A stretch of DNA of 64,000 nt from Phaeosaccion multiseriatum (Eukaryota > Protista > Ochrophyta, other classes): contig OZ218951.1 of assembly GCA_965112735.1 (NCBI GenBank), positions 4,154,001-4,218,000 of the forward strand, in the 5' to 3' direction. Positions 1 to 12,000 of the stretch are shown piece by piece (within the stretch, counting starts at the first letter, position 1; the number at the start of each line of letters is the position of its first letter). Made by a program: the position numbers and the translations under genes. The notes beneath the pieces were generated by a model, which saw only the letters and a list, made by a program, of their open reading frames with translations, made no database searches and was not told the origin of the DNA.

Positions 1-648
1 AGCCCCTGCAGCGAGTCCGCGCTAAAGCGCCTGCTTTGCGCCGCTCTCGCTCTCACTCCAGCTGCCGCAGGGGGTGCGTGCTCCTCCTGCTCCTCCTCCG
101 CCGCTCCTTCCCGAGCTACCGCTACCGCTACAGCTACTGCTGGTGCTGCTACTGTATCACCAACTGCTGACGCTGACTCAGGAGGAGGAGGAAAGCCCAG
201 CATGTGCCCGAGACTCGCGATCCTCTTCTCAAGCTCGTCTACCTCTGCACGGTCCTCCGACATGGACGGACTGGCAGGGGCAGACAGGGAGGAGGGCTGC
301 TTCCGACTGCTGCTAATGCCATTGAGAGTCTCGTGGTCCTCCTCCTCCTCCTCCTCCTCCTCCTCCTCCTCCTCCTCCTCCTCCTCCTCCTCCTCCTCCT
401 CATACCTGTCTTTGTACACCTCCTTCCCCTCCTCCTCTTCCTCCTCCTCCTGCCGATCCGGCTCGTGAAGATGGATGTAGTTATCTTCCCCATGTGGGGA
501 CGAATAGAAAAGAAGTCCAGCGTCACCCCCTCCTTGCCGAGGAGGAGACAAGGTGCTACCTGGAGCACTAACTCCTCCAGAAAAAGAGGCCAGAGACAAA
601 TGACCTTCCTCCGATTCAGAGGAGGCCCCCTCTCGGCCGTCCTTCGCA

Positions 649-684
<36 letters not shown>

Positions 685-2117
685 ACCGTCACCACCGTGG
701 GCAACAAGTCACCACTTCCGTCCCCGCCCCCCCCCTTCCCCCCACTCCTCCTTGCTTTTTCCTCCCTCACTTCCTCTTGTTCCAAGCCATCAGTTTGACC
801 AAGGCTCTCCATCACTCGACTGAGCTCTTCTTTCAAGAGGCCCAAGTGATCGATGGCCTCACCGCCACCACGGCGACCCTCCTCGTCCTGCTCATCATCA
901 TCATCGTCGTCGTCGTCGTTGTCGCCCTCGCCCTCTCTTCCGCCATAACGCTCCTCACCCTTCGCCTCTTCCCACTCTAAGTCCTCCTCCTCCTCCTCCT
1001 CCTCCTCCTCCTCCTCCTCCGCCTCCGCCTTCCCCCCCTTCGCCTCTTCTTGCGGCCCTGCCCCTACCATCACCTCCCCCTCCTTCTCCTCCTCCTCCCA
1101 ACTCTCGACGTCCTTGGACTCAGCTCTTCTAGTGAATCCAGCCCCACTTCCCCTTCCACCACCAGACAGACTGCCGCCTCCACCTCTCGGTCTCTGCCTC
1201 TCCTCCTCATTATCCTCCGCCTCCTCCTGCTCCTCCTCCTCGTGGCTGCTGCCGTGCGTGTTGTGCACCTTCATATGATGCGAGTCTTTCTCCACAAGCA
1301 GCCAATCCTCCTCGTCAAGCCTCCGCAGACAGCCCTCAAGAGAGCGAATGCCCTTCCTCCCCACGCGCTCCAACTCCTCCACTCGTCCTCGTCCTCCTCT
1401 TGCTCCCCCACGCGAAGGAGAAGGAGAGGCCTTCTCTTTCGCTTCTTCCCTGCCGCTGTCACTATCGCCCCGTCTTCGGCGCCGATGCTGGCGACGCTTG
1501 TATTCGTCGATTCCGGTAGCCCTCGCCCATCGCTCCTCTTTCTCTTCCTCGCTCCACCGCCCCCCCTGCTCCCCGCTGCCCTCCAATCGCAACATCTCCT
1601 CCTCTTCCTCTGACCCTTGCCCATCACCATAGCCTCCATCTCGGTTCTTCCTTCTCTTGCTTCCCTTCGCCTCTCGCCCATACGCAGCAGCAGCAGCACC
1701 ACCACCACCACTCCTCCTCTCCCGGTCTCCGCTCCTCCTCTCAGAACGTGCATGCGAATACTCATATTCCCCCCGCTCGGGCCGCTCGGCTTTTCTTCTA
1801 TCTTCCCTCCTTCCTCCTCTCCTTCCTCTCCCTCCCTCCTCACCTCCTTCACCACCCTGTCTACGCCTCCCTACTCCCACCTCCCCGCGGCGGTCAGAGC
1901 GCTTCTTCTCTCTACTGTTCTTGCCCCTCCCGGCCCGCCGCTCCATCTGTCTCCGCCTTGATAACGAGGATGATGAGGCGCCCCTACTCCTTCCTCGGGA
2001 GGAGACTCGCTCGGGCGGAGACGACATTCCCCTCCCTTTCCTTCCCTTCGCTTTCGTTGCCCCCTCTCTCTTCTTCCTCCTGCTCTCCCCCCCCCCCTCC
2101 TCCTCCTCCTCCTCCTC

Positions 2118-2151
<34 letters not shown>

Positions 2152-5100
2152 ACCTCTTGCCTTCTCCGCCTCCCTAAGCGAGTAGCACCATGCATGCCCG
2201 CCCCTCTGCTGCTGTTCCCCTCATCTTCCTTTCCCTCCGACGTCTGGGTGCCGCTCGTAGCGTAGACCCTGGCCCTCGTGGGGAGAAGTATCTCCGCCCC
2301 GCCACTGGTACCAACAGCAGCATCCCAAGTGGCGACTGGTGGTGGGGGTGAACTTTCGGCACTCCCTTCGTCGCCCCTCCTCCTCCTCCTCCTCGCCTCT
2401 CCCTCTCCCTCTCCCGATCGTCCTCGGGTGGTGGTCTTCTTCGTATCCCCCTTCCTCTGCCGAGCCTTGAGGAGCATGTAAAGCCTTGCGTCGTCCTCCC
2501 GCCTCGATGCCACTGCAGGGTGAATCATTCGCTGGCTGGTCTCTGTGGGCGCCACTAAGGAGTAACTCACTCGAATGGGTTTGCACCCTTTTCCTTGGGC
2601 CTTCCGGAGAGCAGCAGCGGCGGCGGCAGCGGCAGCGGCAGCAGAGGGCCTGAGCAATCTTGCTCTCCTCTTCTTCAAGGCCGTGGCCACGGACTGCCTC
2701 GCTTTCCCCTCCCGAGCCTCTTTCTTTGGTCGGCCTTCGCGTCGCTCGGGCCCGTGTAGGGCCTCCTCCGCAATTGGAGCATCTGATGAGGGCAAAGCAG
2801 CAGAGCCAACATCACCGCCACCACCACCACCACCAGCAGCAGCAGCAGCTGCACCGGAAACAGAGGGAGCTGCGGCGGCAACGGCCGAGAGGGCTGCCTG
2901 TAGCTTGCCCTCCAGCCTATTCTCCGAGGCCCTTAGCCGCACTGCCAGGAACTCGTCGAGCCTCTCCAGGTCGACTCCCTGCTGCTGCTGCTGCTGCTGC
3001 AGCAGCGGCTCTGTCGCCGCCGCGCCTCCTCGCCGAGTCGACGACTTCTCCGTTGCTGCTGCTGCCCGTCCTCCTGCTGTCCGCTGCTCCTCCTGCTGAT
3101 GCTGAAGCGGATGCCGATACTGCCTGCTGCATGGTTTCACCTGCCGCTGTTGCTGCTGCGGCGGCGGTGGCGGCGATCTGTGCCGCTGCTTGTGACCGTC
3201 ACCTTCCTTGGCCAAAGGAGGCGGCGGCGGCAGTACGCCTCTCTGAAGCCTCCGGAGATGCTTCTCCTGCTGCTGCCGGTGCTCTGCCAATCGCTCAGTC
3301 TGTCGCCGCTGCTGCTCTGCCTTGCGCTTCTTCTGCTTCTTCTTCTCCTCCTCGTCCTCCTCCCCCTCCCCGTCCTCCTCCTGCTGCTGCCGCTGCCGCC
3401 GCTGCTGCTGTTGTTGTCGCTGCAGCTGCTGTTGTTGCTGCTGGAGCAGATAGAACGTTCCCGGACCAGACTTGGCAGCCCCAGCGGCATCTCTCTCTGG
3501 GGGCCTCTCCCGCTTCCTCTTTCTCTGTCGCGCGAACACCACTCCGCTGGACAGACCCGTTGCTCTCACTGCAAGCTTGTCACCTCCTTGCTCCTCTCCC
3601 TTTCGCTCTCGCTCTACTACTCGCACTCGCGCCGCGGCTCTCCATCCTCCTCCTCCTCCTCCTCCGCCTCCTCCTCCTCCTCCTCCTCCTTCCCCTCCGT
3701 CGCCGCCCGGCCACCCCCCCATACCCGCTCCCCCCACCTGCTGCACGGGCCTGTTCTCCCAAGAAGCACGCGCAAACACCCTCACACACACGCCCAGCGC
3801 CTCTTGCTCTTCCTCCTGCTCGTGCCTCCGCCTCCGCACCCTCGCAGCTGCCTGCTCGTTGACCACCTCCTTGCCCCTCCTCGCCAAGGCCATTCGCTGC
3901 TCCCTCATGATCTGGTCTCTCCTTCGGTTTGCCTCCACGTGACGAAGCACGTGCCGAGCCCTGTCGCGCTGCGACTGTTCGTCCTCGTCAAGCATCATGT
4001 CTCGGAGATGGCACTGGACGCTTCTGTTACGCTGCAGCTGCTCGGCGTGCGCCCTCATGCTCTGTTGGTACATTGCAGTGGGTGATATCGTAGTAAGTAA
4101 GAAACAAGAAGAGCGTAGAAACGGAGGGAAAGTCGGCAGGCCTGGTTGGGGTCGAGAGATGGGGTGAAGGAGCCCAACCATTGGGTGGTGGGGGCGGGCG
4201 TAGAGGGCCTCAGGAAGGGAGGAGCATCGACAATCAGCACCTGTTCACGCGTAGCTTCTTCAAACAAGTAAGAGAGAGAGAGAGAGACACACACACACAC
4301 AGAGAGAGAGAGCTTCCCTCCCCGCCCCCCTCCACCCCTCCCTCCTTCCTGTTTCTCTACGCTTCGATGCCTACCTTCTGCCTGAGGGCGGCGAGCTTCT
4401 TCTCTGCCGCCTCGTGTCCCCTCAGAAGCAGGCGCGCCTCTCTCTCCCTCTGCCTGACGACGGCGTCATTGCACGTCTCCGGCCAGCTGCACCCCATGTA
4501 GCCCGGGGCGTAGTGCGTCTTTCGCAGCTTGGGCTTCTGTGGGTGTGCGTGTGCGGTTGCAGGCTGACCGGAGGGGTGGCTCCTCCTTTCCTCCACCTGC
4601 TCCTTCCGAGCAGGGCGTTTCTGTGCCGCCGCCCTGTCGTGGGCACCCGAAACACCTGAAACATGGACGGGGCTGCTCCCCTTGTCCCCCTTCCTCTTGC
4701 CCTGCTCCTCCTGCTGTTGCTGGTTGACCTTTGCCTTCTTCGTCTTCACGTTCGCGGTGGGAATAATCAAACGACCCCCCCTTCCGTCAGTCTGTTTGCC
4801 CCCCCGCTTGGAGACGACTGCAACTGGTGCTCGGCCTCCACCTCCACTCTTCACAGGTGGCGACGATGGCCCGTCCTCGTCCTCGTCTGCCTCTGCTGCC
4901 GGCCTGCTAGAGGAGGAGGCCCCGCTGCTTGTACCGCGGCCGTGTCGGCGGGAGCGCAGCATCGATCGCAGACCACGACCGTGCATCAGTCGGTGGTGGG
5001 CCACTGCGACTGTCGAGAGCTGCTCCTGCTGCTCCCGCTGCTCTTGCTGCTCACTCTCACTCGCTTGCTCATGCCTTCGTCCCCCCGATGAGGGTCTGTC

Positions 5101-6168
5101 CTGATACATGTACTCTTCCTCGCTGTCCTCCCCATCACTCAGAGCTTCCCTCCCTCCTGAGTCGTCAGATGGCGTTGTCTCTGCAGCTTTTTCGTCCGCA
5201 TGAATATCCACCTCCTCGGTCTCACTATCGCCGGCATGAAAGTCTCCCTCTGCGCCTTCCCCCTCCTCCTGTTCCTCCTCCTCCTCCTCCTCCTCCTCCT
5301 CCTCCTCCTCCTCCTCATCCTTCTCCTCCGCTTCCTCCTCCTGCTCCTCCTGCTCCTCTTCCTCCTCCTCCACCACCACAACCTTATTACTTTCGTTGAC
5401 GCCAACTTGCAGTTCACCCCCTTCCCCTTCGTCCTCGCTCCCTCCCCCCTCCACACTCTCGCCTGAGGAGCCAATGGCGTTCAGAACCCTTTGTAGGCTC
5501 CTGTCTCCCATGCTCCCGAGAGAGGAAGAAGCCGTAGCTGCTTCTTCAGACGCACAGGAAAGCTCCAACACCCCTTCCTCTGTCCTCTCGGACTGCTGTC
5601 CTCTCTCCCCTGCCTCCTCCTGGTCTACCTCGTCGGCTTCCTCCTCGACCTCCTCATTACCCCTCTCTTCCTCTTCCTCGTGATACTCCTCCGCTTCATG
5701 ATACTCCTCCCCTTCCTCTTCCACCTCCTCATTTTCCTCGTCCTCTCGATCCTCCTCCACGTTCTCCTCCTCCTCTTCCTCCCGATCCTCCCCCACATCT
5801 TCCATATGCCCCTCTTCCTTTTCCTCGTGACCATTCTCCATTTCTCCCTTCTCCTCCTTCTGCTCCTCCCTCTCTTCCTTTTCTTCCTTCTCCTCTTGAT
5901 CCTTCTTCAATTTTTGCTTCTCCTCCCCCTCTGCTGGAGCGGCGGCATTCAGCGCCGACAGGCCTGTCCCGATAATGCTCATGGCCACATTTCCCTTCAC
6001 TGTAAGTGCGAGCGGCCTGGGTATCGCTTTCCTTCTAGCCGGCCTCCCTTTAGGGCTCAGGGAAGGTCGGCTGCTTCTGCTGGAGGAACGGCTGCCTCTC
6101 TTACTTTCCCCTCTCGAGTCCTCCTCCCCCTCCCTTTTCCTCGCCGCATCGGTTCCTGGGCCCGGCAT
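1..6168 (-). CDS. Very large low-complexity (E/G/R/A-rich) protein of unknown function, 3' end outside the window
   Basis: Exon 1 is 6168-4375 (603-aa ORF in the track). GT-AG phase-0 intron 4374-4062 (AAG|gtaggc ... ccaacag|AGC). Exon 2 runs 4061-1 with no stop, which is why the track lists no ORF in that frame. Coiled-coil-like segment across the junction (REREARLLLRGHEAAEKKLAALRQK|SMRAHAEQLQR). Start codon uncertain. Confidence 0.75.
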
Positions 6169-6598
6169 TGCGATCAGGCCTGGCTTCCAAGGACGGAGAA
6201 GGTACGCAGAAGGCTAGCCTCTTTGCTTATTTTATTGGTGAACGTTTACTTGTGTGAGATGTCCACAGTTGGATGATTCATCGACTTTTCAAATCGACAT
6301 CATCGATATTGTGGCTCTTGGGCCAAACTTAAACTTTCTTTCTTTCTTTCTTATCGTATGTACACTGAGAAAAGCAAGCAAATATAAACCAAGTCAATGC
6401 CCCTATACAGAAAGGCCGGAGGAGGAGACGAAGAAGTGAGGCAAAAACACCAGCAAAAGAACGAGCACAACGCAGCCAAGCAACATCGCAACAGGGCAGA
6501 GCGAATACGAGGAACTACGCACAACCTTTAAGCGGCATGGGCGGTATTGGCTCGGACAGCAGCAACAGCAGACACCATGCCGCGCTTCACTTGCTGCT

Positions 6599-8253
6599 TC
6601 ACTTTTCGCTGGTGTCCATGCTGCCGCTGCCAGAGGCGCGAGCAGCCCGGGCGCTCGCCCTGGCTGCCTCCACCGCAGACCTGATGCGCGCGCACACACA
6701 CACATATATATATACATACACAAAGAGAGAGACATACAGACAGAGAGAGACAGGCAGCAACAGGGCAAGACGGGACACACACAGACGGGGCCAAGGGTCA
6801 GGGTGGAGGCTTAGACTCGCCGCAAGAACAAAAGAAGGAAAGCAGTCGTCCTCGAGCTTCGAACTCGAGCTTGAGCTATAGGTCGAGCCATTGACCCCCC
6901 ACCCCCACCCTCGACTGGAGTCAAAAGAGGGTAGCACTCCGTCAAAACACACACACGGATTCGCCTTGGCTGGTCCGCAAAGTAGCAGCAACAGCAACAG
7001 CAGAGCACACGCAAAGCTACTTGACAGCACACCCGCTGGGGCGAATGAATGCATGGCAGGGGGGCCTCTCAACACGCCAGCCTCCTCGCACGACACGATC
7101 AACACTACACGCACCCGCGCACACACCCACGTACACACCCACGCACACACCCACGCACCTGGCCTTGGCCTTGGCCTGCACGTTGAGCAGCACCTTCTCC
7201 CTGTTGGCCGCGGCAGGGGCAAGCACCTCGATGTTCTGCTCGATGTCGAGGCGCACGCGGGCCTTCTCCTTCTTCGCCGTGTCTGCGTGTCTGCGCTCGA
7301 AGTAGCGCTGCTCTCTTGTCGTCTGGGGAAGGAGGAGGAAGAGGAGGCGAGGAGGGGGGGGTCAGCAACAGCAGGAGGAGAGGATCTTAACAAAAGGACC
7401 TGGGGGAGGGAGCGGTGCTTGCGCGGGGAGTGCGGGAGGTACACTGCTGTGGTTCCTTCGCTTCATGTCCTTGTCCGCCCGTGCTCATCGTCATCACCTT
7501 CTCCCACTCCACCCTACCCACCCCCCTCCAGTCCCTCGACCTAACACACCTGAATCTCCTTGACCTTCTTCATGGCCAGCAGCGTCTTGCCCATCATCTC
7601 CCGGTCGTACTTGACAGGCCTATTTCTTCTCTTCTCAAAGTCAAACGTGGTGTCCACTGCCATCTCCTTGCCTGCCGCCTTGCGGTACGCCTTGGTCCAC
7701 TTGCTCTTCCTGGGATTGCGCTTCCGGATAAAGTTCTTGTGACATTTCGACCGGCAGAACTTAAAAACCTGGCAAGCAGCAGAGGGTCGGTGGAAAGGGC
7801 GGAGCGTCCATAGCAAAACAGTTGGGGGATTGGTTGGATGGAGGAGCCTTCCCATGTACTGCATTGCTACCGCTCTCGTTCCCGCGGAATGCATGCAGTG
7901 CACTGCTTCTTCTCTCGCCATGGAGCCGTAAGCTGTGTCCAGCTGAAGCGCTTCCCCCCCCTCTCTCCCTCTTCTCTACTGTACTTGTACGCAACAGAGA
8001 AGCTACGCCTCCCACCCTCCCGATCCCACAGTACACTTGACGCATCTGGCGTGCCTCCGGCCACCGCTGCTTCAAAGCAAAGGCCATGGTGGAGAGCAGA
8101 AGGAGACCCCGCCCCGCCGCAGACCCTGTTTCCCTTTCCCCACGTCCCCTCCCTTCCTTCTCCCCTTACCTTGGAGTCGTTCCGCACGAAAGTGATACCG
8201 TGTCCCGGGTAGGAGGGCCCCGAGCAGAAATAGCACGTCTCTATCCGCACCAT
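6599..8253 (-). CDS. RLP24: Ribosome biogenesis protein RLP24 (RSL24D1, L24e family)
   Basis: Exons 8253-8170, 7768-7550, 7322-7159, 6680-6599, all GT-AG. Motifs [28 protein letters not shown]|[54 protein letters not shown]. The GKEMAVD..FEKRRN..VKYDR segment distinguishes RLP24 from RPL24. Confidence 0.95.
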
Positions 8254-9076
8254 GGCTCAGCTCTCTCGCTCTCCGTCTGATCCACCAAGACCACTTACAT
8301 TCGGCCAAAAATCGATCACATCGATATTTTATGGTACTCGCAATTTTGAGCATCTGATCCATGTAAGAGAGGAAAAGAGAGGAAGGTGAGATGCTGAAGG
8401 CTCAGCGCGCGTGTGATTCTCTTGGTTTGTGGTATGGCTCGATGGTACTCCATGCAGAAGACTCCGCTTCCGCCAGGAGCAGCGGTTCCCCTTGATATTG
8501 GCTGTCGATGCGGAGCCCAGGCGCCGCGCTTACGAGAAGAAGAGAGACAAGTGGGCAGCCACGAGACGCCAGCGGATATATCCTCTTCAACCGAGAGGAC
8601 TTCCTCCGATCTTCTCTCGTTTTCGAGCTGCCGTAGTGGGCGATTTTCCCTCAGCTGGCTCCTCATGCCCCCCCTTCCTCCTCCCTCCTCCCTCCTCCCC
8701 CCATTCTCACTCCGTATCCGCCCCTCCCTCCATGGTCGCACCACTTGCGAGCGCTGAGCGTCCCTAACTATCACAGTCTATTTCGTACCGTCACCACCAC
8801 CCAGCAGCAGAATTGTCATTCCATTAATTTCCTTTCCCCCTCCTGTTTTCTCCCCCTTCAGCAGGTCGAGACACTTTTGATCGGGGCCATCCCTGGCCAA
8901 CGCCTGTAGCAGGAAGGTAAAACGGCGGTAGCCAGGACCTGCAACGTCTCGGGAGTCCCTCCCCTACCCAGTCGTTGCAGAGCTTCGAGGTGCCGAAGCG
9001 GGCAAGGAAGTACCTGCTGGTCCAGAGCGAGGAGGGTTGAGCCACGGGCAGGGCCGCACTGTGGCCAGCGCCGATC

Positions 9077-12000
9077 ATGATGCGCCTATCGGAAAGCCTG
9101 CAGGTGAGGCAAGAAGGGTGGGCTTTGGGGTGGCTCCTCGCTCCTCGGAGAAGAACCGAAAAGCGCCGCCACCGCCGCCTGCCCTCTCACCCCCTCACCT
9201 TCCCCCCCCTGCCCCCAACCTCACTCTCTAACGCAGCTCTCGGGCAGCGTGAGCGAGCAGGTGGCCGCTCTGCAAGACCTCAACACCACCCTCACCATGG
9301 CCTCGGGCCACCCTAACGCCCTCCGGCTCGGGGCTGTCATCTCCAAGCTGGTGGTGCAGCTCGCCAGCCCGCACGCCGAAATCGCGCTGCTTGCCATTCA
9401 CGCACTCAACACCGTGCTCGACATTAACCCAAAGACCTGCAGGTGAGGAAGCTGGACAGGTGGCCAGGTGCCTTACCAAAGAGGGGAAGGAAGGCAAATC
9501 TCTGCTCTCGGGCGGGGGAGGAGTGCAGCGCCGCCCACGGGCCGCCTCTCTTGGACCTTGTGGCTGTTTGTAGGGATCCAGGGACAGTCTTTCGATCGGT
9601 TTCTCGCCGGTGGTTCAAGTTTTCTGACATGGGCTCTACGATAAGTGATTGTTCTTCTGACGAACTTCCTCTGCGCTTTCTTTCCTTCTGCCCCTTCTCT
9701 GTCCCTGCCCCTGTCCCTGCCCCTGCCCCGCCTGTGGTCTTTCCATCGTCCTCTGCACCCCTCTCCACCCCTCTCCCCGCCCCCCTCTCCCCTTCCTCAC
9801 AGCTCCATCGCGGCGGAGGGTGGACTGCATCTCCTCTGCGCCCGCCTCCTCAACATCACCGACATGGATCTTGCCGAGCAGTGCCTCAAGTGTGTGCATC
9901 TCGTGTCGCAGGAGGAGCCCAAGCAACTGCTGGAGGCCGGCGGTATGAAGGCCTGTCTTGTATACTTTGACTTTTACCCGCTGCCTCTGCAGAAGAAGGC
10001 TCTAGAGACCGTTGCCACCTTGTGCAGCCCCGGGGTGGCGGGCAGGAAGAGCGACGTCCCTCGAGTGCTGGAGGTGAGGAAGGAAGGAAGGAAGGAAGGG
10101 AGGGAAGGAGGGGTTGAGTGAATGGGTGGAATGAGTGAGTGAGTGAGTGAGTGGGTGAGTTAAGTGGGTGGGTGAGTAAGTGGGTGGGTGGAGTGAAATG
10201 AATCAGTGAGTGAGTGACCTTGTAGTGAACTGCCTGTCTGATTGACTGACCACCTGATTGCCCGCCTGACTGGCAGCTGCCCTGAGGGATTCTATATTAC
10301 TTTATTTCTCTTCGAGTCAGTGAGTGAGTAGACAGCTGCCTATCTCTGAATGCCGCCGTAGTGCGTATCCGTAGTCAAGAGCGGACGGCGCGGGCTCTAA
10401 TTCTTTTCAGTCACGTTGCAAAAAAGCGCGGCTAGACTTTGCTTTGTTCTTCGACCGGTGGAAGCGTATCGGCATGGGCGATGCCCCCCCACCCCTGCCT
10501 GACCTCGTCTGTGCTGTCTGCTTCTTATCTCTCTCTCTTATGCTGTCCGCACCCGAACAACTTTGCTTTCTTAGGTGCTGCCCAACCTGTGTGCGTGCCT
10601 GTCCACAGAGGTGCGCGGCGGTGGAGGGGAAGGGGCGGAGGATCGAAGGCACATTGCACACGCCGCGAGTCTGTGTGTAGAGCGATTGGTCGCGTCCTTC
10701 TCACAGCATAGATGTTTCAGTCGAAGCCAAGGACAGGGGCACGACGGCGACGAGGACGAGGACGAAGAGGAGGAAGAGGACGAGGGAGCGGAGTCCGCAT
10801 TGGACGCCCTCCTGCGCACTCAGCGAGAACGACGTGAGGAGCAACAGCGGCGGTTGGAGGAGGATAGGATGATGATGGATAGCGGAGACGACGAGGAAGA
10901 GGAGTACCACCGCCGCGAGAACGACTTTCGGGTCGTCGACCTGGACTCTGATGATGAGGAGGAGGATGATGAGGGGGAGGATGATGAGAGCATGTGCCTG
11001 GAGTCGTTCTTTATGTTGGGGGGCGAGGCGGAGGCTCGGCTGGCGGAAGATGTGAGGGGCAAGGGGAAGGGCAAGGGGAAGGGCAAGGGGAAGGAGGTGG
11101 ACAAGGACAGCAAGGCAAAGAAGGACAAAGACAAGAAGAAGAAGAGTAAGGCCAAGAAGGGAGGAGGAGGGGGGGGCAAGGGCAAGGGCCAGCAACAACA
11201 TACAAGTGGAGGACGAGGACGCCGCAGTAGGTGGCAGTCCGCCTTCTTCCTGGAGATTGCCCGCAGCGGCGTGTTGGAGCAGTGGCTGCGTATGCTTCAG
11301 GATGGTCTCGATGCGGCCAAGGGGGAGGGACGCATCGCCTCCGAGGCTCTCGGGCCTGCGGTTGTAGAGGACATGTGGCGGTTACAGGCCCAGATCCTCT
11401 CGTCCATTCGGAGGATCGTGTTGCTGGCTCCGGTGAGTGAGGAAGTGAGGGAGGGTAGGAGGGAGAGAGGGAGGGAGGGAGGGAGGCAGTAGGTGGGCGG
11501 GTGAGGGGGCGAGCCAGTGAGAGTGGTGTTTGGATGTTTTGCCGAAGTCAACGAAGATTTTCAGAAGTTGGAAGGGGAAGAAAAAAAACAAATCTCTAGA
11601 GCGTGAGTTTGACGTGACGAATTGTATGTGTGTGTGCAGGTGTTGGTGCCGGTGCTGGTCGACGGAGGACTGCTCGAGCTGCTCCGCGCTATGGTGGAGC
11701 AAGCCATCGACAGACTCGCTGTACAGGGCGACACCCGAGCCAGCATCAGAGGACGAGACGGGGCTGCAGCTGGCGAAGCGGGCGGCGAAGGGGGTGCGAG
11801 GGGAACCAAGAGGGGCCGCTGCGATGCTAGGGGCAACGACAGTCGTGGCAAGGAGGAGGGGGAGAGCACCGCCACGGGCACACAGGCAGAAGAGGCAAGT
11901 TCCACACCACCGCAGCAGCGTAAGCCTATTGTAGCAGCCACGACCACCGCGCGCCTTGCAGACGTCTTGCTCAAGGATGTGTTATCTTTGACTGTGACGC

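Noticed and set aside
74-6276. Many long plus-strand ORFs (poly-L, poly-S, poly-P)
   Set aside because: Antisense shadows of the GAG/GCA-repeat minus-strand gene; stop-poor because of composition.
10371-10380. GTAGTCAAGA shared in reverse with 55166-55175
   Set aside because: A single 10-bp match is expected by chance in 64 kb.
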